Part shown: piece by piece, positions 1 to 10,318 of the stretch | How the letters are laid out: each line of letters begins with the position of its first letter | How positions within the stretch are numbered: position 1 is the first letter of the stretch | From: Octopus sinensis | Taxonomy: Eukaryota | Assembly: GCF_006345805.1 (NCBI RefSeq) | Contig: NC_043009.1 | Location: forward strand, 22,258,001 to 22,322,000 | Length of the DNA: 64,000 nucleotides | Direction of reading: 5' to 3' | Notes under the pieces: generated by a model | What the model saw: the letters and a program-made list of their open reading frames with translations, nothing else | Databases searched by the model: none | Told to the model about the DNA's origin: nothing | Made by a program: the position numbers and the translations under genes

Positions 1-2075
1 AGGGGGATGTCATTGATAATATTAGGCCCATCACTCTGCTTAACGCAGAGCTGAAGATTTTGGCCAAAGTGTTATCGAACAGATTGGCGCGTGTCGCGAA
101 TGGACTGATTGGGAAGGCACAAACGTGTGCCGTACCGGGCAGGTCCATTCAGGATAATCTCCATCTCATTAAATACACTATAGAGGGAATTAATAACGAT
201 CCCGGCAAGGGATGGGCAGTGGTCCATTTAGACCAATCAAAAGCTTTCGATAGGGTCGACCATCATTACCTGGTGTCCGTTCTGGCTCAGTTCGGCCTAG
301 GTCTTGGCTTCCTCAGGTGGATCATTGAAATGTACGACAACGTCGACTCGGTAGTTCGGGTGAACGGCTTTCTTTCTAAGCCGTTCAGAGTCAAACGCTC
401 GGTTCGTCAGGGATGCCCGTTCTCCCCGCTTCTGTATGTAGTGGCTCTTGAGCCGCTGCTGCGAAAACTGAGTGGCATCCCGAGGCAGCCAGGTTGTGAA
501 ATGTCGGTTTCGGCATACGCGGATAACATCACTATCATCGTGACCGAAGTGGACCTCCTACGTAAAGTAGGCAAGGCCATAGAGGTTTACCAGACGGTGA
601 TAGGAGCAAAAGTTAATCGTGAAAAGTCGGTCGGCTTGAAACTTGGCACCTAGAGAGGCAAGTCGATACCTCCAGACAGCGTCGTGGGACGTTGGACGGA
701 GGGTCCGATTAAGTTGCTCGGGGTTTGGTTTGGACCAGACCTCCAAATAGAGAAGAACTGGAGCGAGGTATCGAGCAGGGTGGCTGCAGTAGCCAAGACC
801 TGGTCTTGGCGGTGGTTATCCCTGAAAGATAGGGCGGAGGTAGCCAATGTGTTTATCGCATCGGTGATCACCTACCGCCTTGCCCGGATTCGTGGTTGAC
901 CAAGTTGGAAAGACAGCTCTTTCACTTCTTGTGGAAGGGCTCGAAACCACTTGTGAGACGCTCTATTTGTTGTCAAAAACCGTTAAAGGGTGGACTAGGG
1001 ATGCCGTGGCTAACGATGTGCAGAAATGCGCTGAGGTTAAGGCATCTGTGGATCCATCTGGATGGTGAACGCGTGTGGTCTCCGCTGGCGAAACAGATGT
1101 TTCCCAAATTCACCAGTTTCGGTGGACGGGAAGCCTGGTATAATCGCAGATCGAAGTTGGGTTCATGGTATACGGAGTGTCGCAAAGCACTCCGACTATT
1201 CTGTCGCTCGGGCAATGCTTGCGGCAATGGTTCTACCGCTGTTTTCTATAGAGGGTTTGTGGAGGCCGGTAGCGATGATACGCTAGGGGAAACCCTAGGT
1301 TTCGACGATAATCAGCTGGCCAGTCTGTTCCAACGTACATTCGGGCCGAAGGCACTGGATAATTTTCAGAAGTCCTTGGCTTGGCAGTGTTACCGAGGAG
1401 CCTTACCTGTTCGGGACAAACTCGCAAGGCACGGTGGCCAAGTCAGCCCGACCTGTCCGAGGTGTGGGCAGGACAAGGAAACCGTCTTGCACGCGATCGT
1501 GCAGTGTTCGGAGGTGGCAGATATGTGGGTTTTTGCCGAATAACTGTTGTCAAATGGAGGAGGAGTACAGCTATCAACTGAATCCATTGTAAAAATCAAT
1601 CCACCGGATTTCTTAACGAAAGAAGGTAAGAATTGTTTTCTCTCAGTGGTTTCAACTGCGAAACAGGTAGTATGGAAGACAGGGATGAAAGGAATGATAA
1701 CAGGCGACTTCATCTCTGGTTCTAGTCTGGTGGTTTTCTTTAAATTCCACCTGAAAAGACAAATAGAACTAGAGAGGAGGGGCCTGAGTAAGAAAGTGTT
1801 TGATGAAAGGTGGAAGAATGTTGTGAGTAAAAGGTCCCTCATAAATACGAGATAGGCCGAAAAGGAAAAAAGAGAAAAAAAAACATAAGGTCAAGTGTCG
1901 TGGCGGGGTTCGTGGGGTCCGTAGACCCGCCCCACTCCATTTGTGAAATTGTCTAGTTGAATGTCTTGTCATCCGAAAATGTATAATCATCATTAAATTT
2001 TTAATTGACCCCAAATGCATAATTATATAAAAATCATTCGTGATTGTTTTGTCTGTATTTATGGTGAATAAAGAA
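1..2075 (+). mobile_element. L1/Tx1-clade non-LTR retrotransposon, 3' part of ORF2 plus 3'UTR, degenerate; starts before the window
   Basis: ORFs 60-653, 684-899, 896-1543 and 1547-1855 together give RT motifs (DQSKAFDRV, VRQGCPFSP, YADN) and the C-terminal C-x2-C...H-x4-C knuckle (CPRCGQDKETVLHAIVQC) typical of L1/Tx1. They are broken by stops and a frameshift. AATAAA and an A-rich end lie near 2067-2078. Confidence 0.85.
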
Positions 2076-2229
2076 AAAGCAGTTGGCTTTTTGGCACTCG
2101 ACTGATGTAAATCGTGTCCCTCTCGCCTCGAACCTTTGTACTGCTATTTCACGCCTGAAATAAATCGCTGTATAAACTTACACCTCTTGTCTGCTCGTCA
2201 TTTCAACTACTGCTTTCGTCTGTCCGGTT

Positions 2230-2408
2230 TTGCTGATTACGACCGCAGTCCTTCTCAGGGCTCATTCAAGTCTGATCTGAATGCGATAACAGTCCTTTTT
2301 AGGACTACTCTCAGACCCGATCTAATTACGATAACAGTCCTTTTCAGGACTATTCTTGGATCGGATCTCATTGCGATAACCATCCTTTTAAGGGCTACCC
2401 TCAGATCA
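2230..2408. repeat. 45-bp tandem repeat, 3 clear copies plus 1 degenerate, with an internal AGTCCT-N4-AGGACT hairpin
   Basis: Units start at 2274, 2319 and 2364 (GATCTnAnTrCGATAACmrTCCTTTTnAGGrCTA...). A weaker copy lies at ~2230-2273. Confidence 0.8.
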
Positions 2409-2444
2409 GACCAGAAGTAGTGGCCAAGAATCCTACCCGCTACA

Positions 2445-3155
2445 AACTCACTAAAACTTTTTCCATCTACGTTCAGGTATTAAAAATAGAGTTACTTCCC
2501 CTTTAACCGTTTTTATGTTTTTGTTAGTTCTTCATTATTACTTTTCCTACATAAACTTGCTATTAATTAAAACATTTAGATTTAATTCGTCAGAACAAGT
2601 TTGCAACTGACACTAAGGAAATCATACTGACTGTAAATCATTGCGAATTTACTTAATTTAGAGTGGTCATTCCTAGCGATCGTCAAGATGTTTGTTTTAC
2701 AGTAAACGTTGACGTTATGCCCTGTCTCTTTCAATTATATTATGCCATCTTCCTCGTCGGTTATATATTATGTAAGTATTATTCATATAAACATCGGTAT
2801 TGTATACGTTTTTTCATATTCGTTTTCTACACAGTTGTTAACACCCAGTAGGCTGCGGGGGAGGGGGTTTGTGTGTTTTCGTTAATTGGTGAGGATCTTT
2901 ATATTGTGTTGTATCTGGGGAGTGTCATTCTCTTTTAGTGCCTTATAATTTAACACTCAACCATAAAATTTCCACTCATTTACTTATTTTACTAAATATT
3001 TCTTTATATTGACCGTCACTTTTACATACATCTAGTTGATTTGTTGTGAGCAGTAGAAATAAAAGGAAGAAACGAAAGATATCTCACGAACTAACGATGT
3101 TGTATTTATAATTGCACTGTTTTTTAAATCTGTATTTCAGTTTTCATTCTTCCCA
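2445..3155 (+). repeat. Upstream module of the ZNF gene cassette, copy 1
   Basis: Near-identical to ~19187-19890. Homologous in reverse orientation to ~39400-40040, 57400-57890 and 63310-63730 (shared GGTATTAAAAATAGAGTTACTTCCCC and CTTTTACATACATCTAG). Confidence 0.85.
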
Positions 3156-3231
3156 GGGCGCACATGTCGGAGACGTAATCCACCCCTTCCTCTTTATTTT
3201 ATTAATTTTTTTACGGAAACCCACATCGGTA

Positions 3232-3631
3232 CTACTTAAGAAGAGTGGTCCCGGTGCGCGCCCTCGCGCTAGCAAGTCGTGACTAGTCGATCCTACAACG
3301 ACTACCTAGAAAAGTAAATAAAACATAAAATAAATAATTTTTTACACAAAGTAAATAATTTGGCGAACCATCGGTATATGTACCGCTGTAAGTACCGGAT
3401 ACATTTCAAAAAAGTGTTTGTTTGTTTTTTGTATATGGGGGCTTAGAGTTAGGGGTCGGAGAAAAGGGTCTCTGTTATCTTCGGAAATGTAAACAAAGTC
3501 ACGTGTGTACATATACCGAAACATCGCCAATAATTTTTTTTTTAACGAAGTAAATAAAACACAAAGTAAGGATCCACTAGGCACGACTAGCTGGCGCGAG
3601 TGCGCGCACCGGGACCACTCTTCTTAAATAG
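3232..3631. mobile_element. Tc1/mariner-type MITE with ~65-bp TIRs and TA target duplication, carrying a nested MITE
   Basis: The left end TA|CTACTTAAGAAGAGTGGTCCCGGTGCGCG... is the reverse complement of the right end ...CGCGCACCGGGACCACTCTTCTTAAATAG|TA. Confidence 0.8.
3362..3528. mobile_element. Merlin-like MITE: GG-starting ~22-bp TIRs, 8-bp TSD AATAATTT
   Basis: TIRs are GGCGAACCATCGGTATATGTAC and GTACATATACCGAAACATCGCC. AATAATTT occurs at 3354-3361 and 3529-3536. The element is absent from the paralogous host MITE at 19964-20179 (empty site). Confidence 0.8.
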
Positions 3632-3719
3632 TACCCATTTTCGGCTATCGTGATTTCGATTTGGCAAAAACGCGACTTCATAATTTTGATTCTGCTATTG
3701 ACATCCTTATTCTAATCCT

Positions 3720-3917
3720 TTGGATGTAGGATAACTAAGCGGAAGGGAAAAGGAGAGACTGCGCAGGAGGATCGGCAGGGACCAGATGACGTCAAGTCTG
3801 CCTCTTTTTGCGTCGCTCTTCTAGAATTTGTTTTGAAGGGATCCGAGCTGAGGAGATATGTCGAGTCAACAGATGATACCTGAATAATCTGGCCGCGGTA
3901 CCCAATTGCAACTCAAG
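3720..3917 (+). promoter_or_regulatory. Putative promoter and non-coding exon 1 of ZNF-1
   Basis: CpG-rich island with CGGAAG, TGCGCA and a perfect CRE TGACGTCA (3787-3794). It aligns with the same block upstream of the other three genes, where it ends in a canonical GTAAG donor. Here the aligned donor is AAG|GCATGA. Confidence 0.6.
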
Positions 3918-4000
3918 GCATGAGCAACTATATTTTCGTACCTTTAAACTACAAGTGCATACCACAGAGTTCGAAATCAGTCATAAAACATTTAAACAAT

Positions 4001-4220
4001 TGTTACACATTCATATCTATGTGTATACGTGCATAGAATACATCCCCACTTTTGGCACTATTTTGTTAGTGAACAGTACAACTGTGTGTAAAGTATAAAG
4101 TGTATCACTACGCTGAACGTCGAGTCCGTGTAACATGAAAAGTAAATAAACACGTAAACAATAACAATGGCTTTAATATTGGTTGCCTATCCCATTAGAA
4201 CCCAAAAACTACACATAACA
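4001..4220 (+). repeat. 5' LTR (220 bp) of the Gypsy element
   Basis: TGTTACA...ATAACA. Differs from the 3' LTR by 6 substitutions and 2 indels (5 nt and 2 nt) in a manual alignment. Confidence 0.95.
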
Positions 4221-4233
4221 TGGTGGCAGCGGT
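4221..4233 (+). promoter_or_regulatory. Primer-binding site complementary to the tRNA-Leu (AAG/UAG type) 3' end
   Basis: TGGTGGCAGCGGT directly follows the LTR. Its reverse complement ACCGCTGCCACCA matches the 3' end of metazoan tRNA-Leu(AAG/UAG) as I recall it. Confidence 0.75.
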
Positions 4234-7200
4234 AAATAATTAATCGGAAACTGTGCCTTTACAACAAAACAGAAACACAACGAACCAGGAATTTAACAAA
4301 CAAAACATCGCTCGTCTTCGGACAACACGAGGATCCAACATGGCGACCCCCGTCGCCGTACAGATGAATCTACATCCGATCATGAACTGGGACTTGCATG
4401 ATGTCTTAGAAGCATTTAAGAAATTCAAACAGAAAACTCAACTAGCTTTCAAAAGTTTCCTGAAAGGCACAACTGACGATTAGAAGGTAAGCTATATCCT
4501 TTTATGGACGGGCAGTAAAGGTATAGACCTATTCAATAGCTGGGATATGTCAGAATCTGACTGCAATAACCCAGACACACTTTTAGAAAAATTTGAAAGG
4601 CACCTAGAGCCCAGATCGAACCATAGAATTCACAGATACGAATTCCAGGGCCTGAAACAAGACCCACAAGGAATGATTGACAATTTCCTGTCCAGACTAA
4701 AGAATGTTGCCGAAAAATTCAAAGATAAGGACGAAAGAATCGTTGATCAATTAATATGGGGGTGTGCTCATAAAGAAGTTCAGAAATCCCTCATAGGTAA
4801 GGACGCTCTCCAGTTGATAGAAGCAGTAGACACTGCAAGAGCATTCGAAGCTACTACCAAACAAATGGCCTCACTTAGCTTACAAACAAGCTCACTAGGC
4901 AGCAGTGTAGATATTGTATCTAGGCACAGGACAAAACATAGCCGCAAAGAACATGCCAGTACTGTGGTACAGAGCACAATTTCAACAACCGGAAAAAATA
5001 TCCTGCATTCGGTACACACTGCAAAGCATGTGGAAAACTTAACCACTGGGGGAAAATGTGTAGGATAACAAAATCCCAGAAATACAAGCCCCAATTTTCA
5101 AAGAGGAGCGGAAATAGAAGAAGAGATATACATGCCCAAGAACAAAACACCTCAGAGGAGGAATTCTTGGCAGTTGGCACAATAAATGTGCATGAGATGG
5201 GAAATGACGACCAGAAAAAAAATGAGGCATACACGACAATAAGAATACAAAAGAAGTCTGGCAGGAAACAAATAAACATAGTCTTAAGGCTAAAGATTGA
5301 CACTGGAGCCCAGAGTGATATCTTGCCTATCAACCTCTACAAAAAGATGTTCCTAGAACACATGACACAAGAGGATAAAGTCAGAGAAGGAATCCTCACA
5401 CCAAGTGATGTAATCCTCACTGCGTACAGAGGTACCAGGATTCCACAACTGGGCAAAACAACTATCACAGGGACACAAAGGAAAAACAATCAAGTGTTCT
5501 TTTTATGTCACAAGAACAGAAGGACCAGCAATTCTTGGACTCAATACCTGCAAAAAGTTAAATATTGTATCGATCAATGCTGAAGTGAAAGCAGCTCCAA
5601 GCAGGATTGACAGAGATATGCCTATCAAAGATCGACCACAAATCACAAACAAAGAGAAACTGATAAGCATGTACCTTGAATGCTTTGATGATACAGTCAG
5701 GTGCTTTGTGAAATGTCGATATCATATAACAGTCGACGCCAATATCAAACCAATTGTTCACCCACCTCGCCGCGTCCCTCTAGAACTAAAAGAGAAGCCG
5801 AAGACAGAGTTGGACAGAATGGAAAAAAAAGAAATAATCACCAAAGTGATACATCCAACAGATTGGGTGAATTCAATTGTAATCAAGGAAAAACCCAATG
5901 GTACCCTACGGATATGCCTCGACCCAAGGGACCTGAACAAAGCATTAAAAAGAGAGCACCATCCAATTCCAACTCTTGAAGAAATCACACCATCATTGGC
6001 TGGATCCAAATTATTCAGCAAACTGGATGCCAGCAATGGGTACTGGAATGTAAAGATAGACAAAGAATCATCCAACCTCACTACCTTCAACACACCATTT
6101 GGCAGATATCGATTCAACTGACTCCCATTTGGATTGAAGGTGAGCCAAGATGTTTTCCAGCGCCAAATAGATGAGACATACCAAGGCTGCAAGGGAGCAA
6201 TTGGAATAGCAGATGATATCCAAGTGCATGGCAAGGATGAGACCACACATGACTTCAATTTACATGAAGCTATGGAGAAAACCCGACAAGCAGGCATCAA
6301 ACTCAATGCAGACAAGTGTGTAATAAAAGCAAAGGAGTGCAAATTCTTTGGAATTATATACTCTGCAGAGGGAGCTAAACCATACCCCGCTAAAGTGGAA
6401 GCCATCAGAGACATTAAAGAACCCAAAGGCAAGAAGGAACTCAGGAGCTTCCTGGGACTCATCCACTACATGGGAGCCTTCATACCCAAGCTGGCCGATC
6501 ACACTGCAAATCTCCGAGAGCTAAACAAAGATGACGTAGAGTTTGATCGATGTGCTTCACACACACAGGATTTCAAAACAATCAAAACGCTCATCAATAA
6601 GGAGACAACTCTGCAATACTATGACAGACGTAAGCCAGTAACACTCCAAGTCGATGGTTCTATGAGAGGAGTTGGCGCAGCACTGATACAAGAAGGTAAA
6701 CCCATTGCATATGCCTCGAAAGCTCTCTCACCCTCAGAGACAAGGCATGCAAATATTGAAAGGGAACTCGTGGCAGTAGTATATGGATGTGAAAAGTTCC
6801 ATACATACCTGTATGGCAGACATTTCAATATAGAAACAGACCATCGCCTGCTAGAACAAATACATAGAAAAAACCTGACAAAAGCACCAGCCAGACTGCA
6901 AAGGTTACTACTAAGGCTTCGAACATACGACTATGACATCAGGTACAAGCCAGGAAAAGACCTGATATTGGCGGATGCTCTTTCCAGACTATCATCACAT
7001 AATAAACAGGAGATGGAAGGACTAAGCATAAAGGTCCACCACATTATAAATGTGACAACCACAAAGCTAGCAGAAATCAAAGAGGAGACCAGCAAAGATG
7101 AAGAACCCTAGCTCCTTACTCAGACGGTGATTCAGGGGTGGCCAGAAAAGAGACATCAGGTGCAACCCCTAATTCGTGAATATTGGGCCATCCATGATAT

Positions 7201-8534
7201 ATCAGTGGAGACTGGAATCCTGATGGCTGGATCCCGAATAATTATACCCAAGTCAATGCAAAAAGAGATTCTTGACAAGATCCACCAAGGGCATCTAGGA
7301 ATGGAGAAATGCAAGCTCCGAGCCAAGTCAGCAGTATATTGGGTAGGCATGTACAAAGACATAGAAAAGACAGTTTCTACATGCCACATCTGTCAAAAGT
7401 ACAGAAACTCACAACAAAAGGAGGAAATGATATCTAGTGACATCCCAAGAAGGCCATGGCAAACTATTGGAGTAGATCTGTTCAAAGAGGGCCAAGAATG
7501 GTATTTGATAATGGCCTGCTACTACTACAAATTTCCATTTGTGAGTAAAGTGAAAGACCTGACTGCCAAAACAATCACTACAGTGGATCGAGGACTTCTA
7601 GCAGAGCAAGGAATACCAGAGCAGATCATGTGACAAGGGAACCCAGTTCACATCGCAAGAGTTCAAAAAGCTAGCCGATGAGTATGGGTTCAATATTACA
7701 ACCTCATCTCCACACTACCCCAAAGGTCATGGGTTTATAGAAAGACAGGTGCAGACAGTGAAGAGAACACTAGTCAAATGCCGAGAGACTAAGGAAGACC
7801 CACACCTGGCACTTCTGTCCCTGCGAGCGACACCACTGAGAGCTGATATGAAATCCCCAGCAGAATTGTTGAATGGTAGGAAGTACAAAACTACCCTGCC
7901 AACTAAGATCCAACCTCCTATTGACCAAGAAGAGACAAGGGCAAAGCTAGCAGCCACTCAAGAACAATCACAGAAATATTTCAACAAACATGCACAATAT
8001 TTACCTGAGATACTTGGAGGACAACATGTGCATACTCAAGATCCCATAACTAAAACATGGATCCCAGCACAGGTTGTCAGGAGAGCTGAAAATTCAAGAT
8101 ATATATAATAGAAACGGAATCTAGTGGGCAGCTGAGACGCAACAGGGTCCACATCCGCCCAACACCAAAGCTGTCGAGGACAACGTGTACAACACTTGCT
8201 GCATCAGTGACAACACCCACAGAATCATCACCCCAATGGGCACCAACCACCTATCAGCCACCCAACAACACACCTCAGACACCGGTGCGAAGCACAAGAT
8301 CCACCAGATGGAGAAAGAACATCTGCCACCGGTTCGATACCGTTAAAGAAAAAAAAAAGAAAATGAAAAGATAAGTAACTAATTCAGCTAGATTACAAAG
8401 CAGAGGCAGAAGAATCTCACGGTTTCTGCTGTAGGATTGCCACCTCAGGCTGACAATCCATTAGAGTAAGAGAGACTACTCATAATTGTCTTCACTGCCA
8501 AAAGACCCCTTTATTTTTTTTCAAGAAGAAGGGA

Positions 8535-8747
8535 TGTTACACATTCATATCTATGTGTATACGTGCATAGAATACATCCCCCCTTTTGGCACTATTTTGT
8601 TAGTGAACAGTACAAGTGTGTGTAAAGTATAAAGTGTATCACTACACTGAATGTCCGTGTAACATGAAAAGTAAATAAACACGTAAACAATAACAATGGC
8701 TTTCATATTGGTTGTCTATCCCATTAGAACCCAAACTACACATAACA
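8535..8747 (+). repeat. 3' LTR (213 bp) of the Gypsy element
   Basis: Preceded by the polypurine tract and followed by TSD ACAAT (8748-8752). Confidence 0.95.
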
Positions 8748-9459
8748 ACAATAATTAAGCGACTAAAGTAAACAGCAACATGTGTGTTTGTATGTATGTA
8801 TATAAGCATGTACGTAAAGTCTGGACGATCTTTCGTTTTAACTTGAAAAATCATAACAAAGAACTCGGTAATTTCTGTGACCACGTGTTGTCTTTTCAAC
8901 TGTGATTTGACTTATCAAAACGGCAAGAGAAACATATTACCATATGAAATGTGAGAACACTGAAGCTAAATGGAAACTAAAATGACCTGCGTATGAGATG
9001 GTGAAACAGTTTCTTCAGCTCTGTGAAAACGAACCAAAGAACGTAGGGGAAAAAAAGGACATGTATTTTAACGAAGTGGCAAACAGCTACTCAAATGGTG
9101 TAGGGTTCTTAATAAAGAACATTGTGCTATGATGCTGATTAGTTTCAGAAGTGCCCAAAACCTGGTTTGTAGCACAAGTCTAAAATAATTCTCTAAAAAC
9201 TTGAAGATATCATCAATAAAGAGAGGGAGAGATATATTGTACAAACAAGGTGAGGGGGGATGCACAAATGACTGGGGGTGAGGGGAAGGAATTTTGGTGG
9301 CCTTTCACCACAAATGAGGGAAGGAGCTACCCCTACTTGAATTTGCCAGTTATAACAATACAGTGTAGTACCTTGATAACTACAAAGCATTTCGTACATG
9401 TACTTTGCATGCCCCAATAAATCTTACTGTGAGGGTGGTTTTTGTAATTCATACCATTA

Positions 9460-9660
9460 CAAAAGTGTATCAAACCTGCTTCCTCTCACTCCATTTCTCC
9501 TCGGTGTTTTCCTGGAGTGGGTCATAAATGATGGCAGAACAGTTAACATGAGAAAGACAAACATCACAAACCTAAGATATGCTGACAACATTGATAGGAT
9601 TGGCAGGAAGGAAGGACAGATTGGTCAACTTAGGTAGCCACTTTGATGCAAGCAAATTAG
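9460..9660 (+). mobile_element. Old RTE-type RT fragment in the ZNF intron; copies at ~23090-23290 (+) and ~50560-50760 (-)
   Basis: Translation ...GVFLEWVINDGRTV...TNITNLRYADNID resembles the RTE RT core (GRTITNLRFADDID). Confidence 0.6.
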
Positions 9661-10221
9661 CATGTATTGTATTTATTGTTGTGTATGCAGGTACTTTGAA
9701 AATACCTCATGGAATGATGACCGTGTGCTGCTTAGTAACGGGCTGCTCTTTGACAAGGTACAGGATCTGTTGAGTCACCGTGCCAGCGACGAAGTGAAGT
9801 TAAGGGACTGTAGCATGGTGGATTATGAAGAGTTAACAGAAAAGCTCAGCTGAGCCAATGTTGCTTCTTACATTGAGGCTGAGTGAAGGAATCCCAGAAG
9901 ATCGACAGTCAGAATCACCAAGTTCTATCAAGATAGTAACTGTAATGCATCCAGAGGGGTGACGTCCATGTAATTAGCCAATGAAAGATTCACTATGACT
10001 CAATCTCCCAATTGAAATTCTTAATAATGGAATTGGATGGTGACAGAGAGTCATGGGAGTCTGCAAAAGCTGCATGACCAAAGAGAGTGTATATATTGTA
10101 TGTATCACCTATGCATTGTATATATATATAATATATATATATATATTGTATGTGCATGTGCTGTTGAATCTTTTCACTTTGGCAGTCTTTGATTTCTTAT
10201 ATTCTTTCTCTTTTATTTCAG

Positions 10222-10318
10222 AATAACTGATGATATTGGCAGAAAAGGAATTTTTATATCTGACATCTTCCTTATTCATCTTCTTTGATAGACTAAAGGA
10301 AGCTGTTATACAGAAGAG
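10222..10318 (+). other. Putative 97-nt internal 5' exon of ZNF-1
   Basis: Polypyrimidine acceptor TTCTTTCTCTTTTATTTCAG and donor AG|GTATAA. The same length and boundaries occur in all four genes. Confidence 0.65.

Larger units (their letters stand above)
4001..8747 (+). mobile_element. Full-length but degenerate Ty3/Gypsy LTR retrotransposon (Mag-like), in intron 1 of ZNF-1
   Basis: TG...CA LTRs at 4001-4220 and 8535-8747, with 5-bp TSD ACAAT. PBS TGGTGGCAGCGGT at 4221-4233 and PPT AAGAAGAAGGGA at 8523-8534. Coding motifs: gag from ATG 4340 with a double knuckle (CQYCGTEH...CKACGKLNHWGKMC), protease IDTGA, RT IADD, RNase H, integrase HQGH...CHIC. Stops at 4481, 6119 and 7109 plus frameshifts. 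Empty site AAACAATAATTAAG at ~20542-20555. Confidence 0.95.

Noticed and set aside
2106-2444. Solo LTR call
   Set aside because: It has TG...CA ends, but the flanks (ACTGA and AACTC) do not form a TSD and there is no second copy in the window.
9193-9853. Small ORFs repeated identically at 22819-23479 and 50365-50949, suggesting conserved genes
   Set aside because: The identity reflects duplicated or converted intron DNA. The only recognisable content is a decayed RTE RT fragment.
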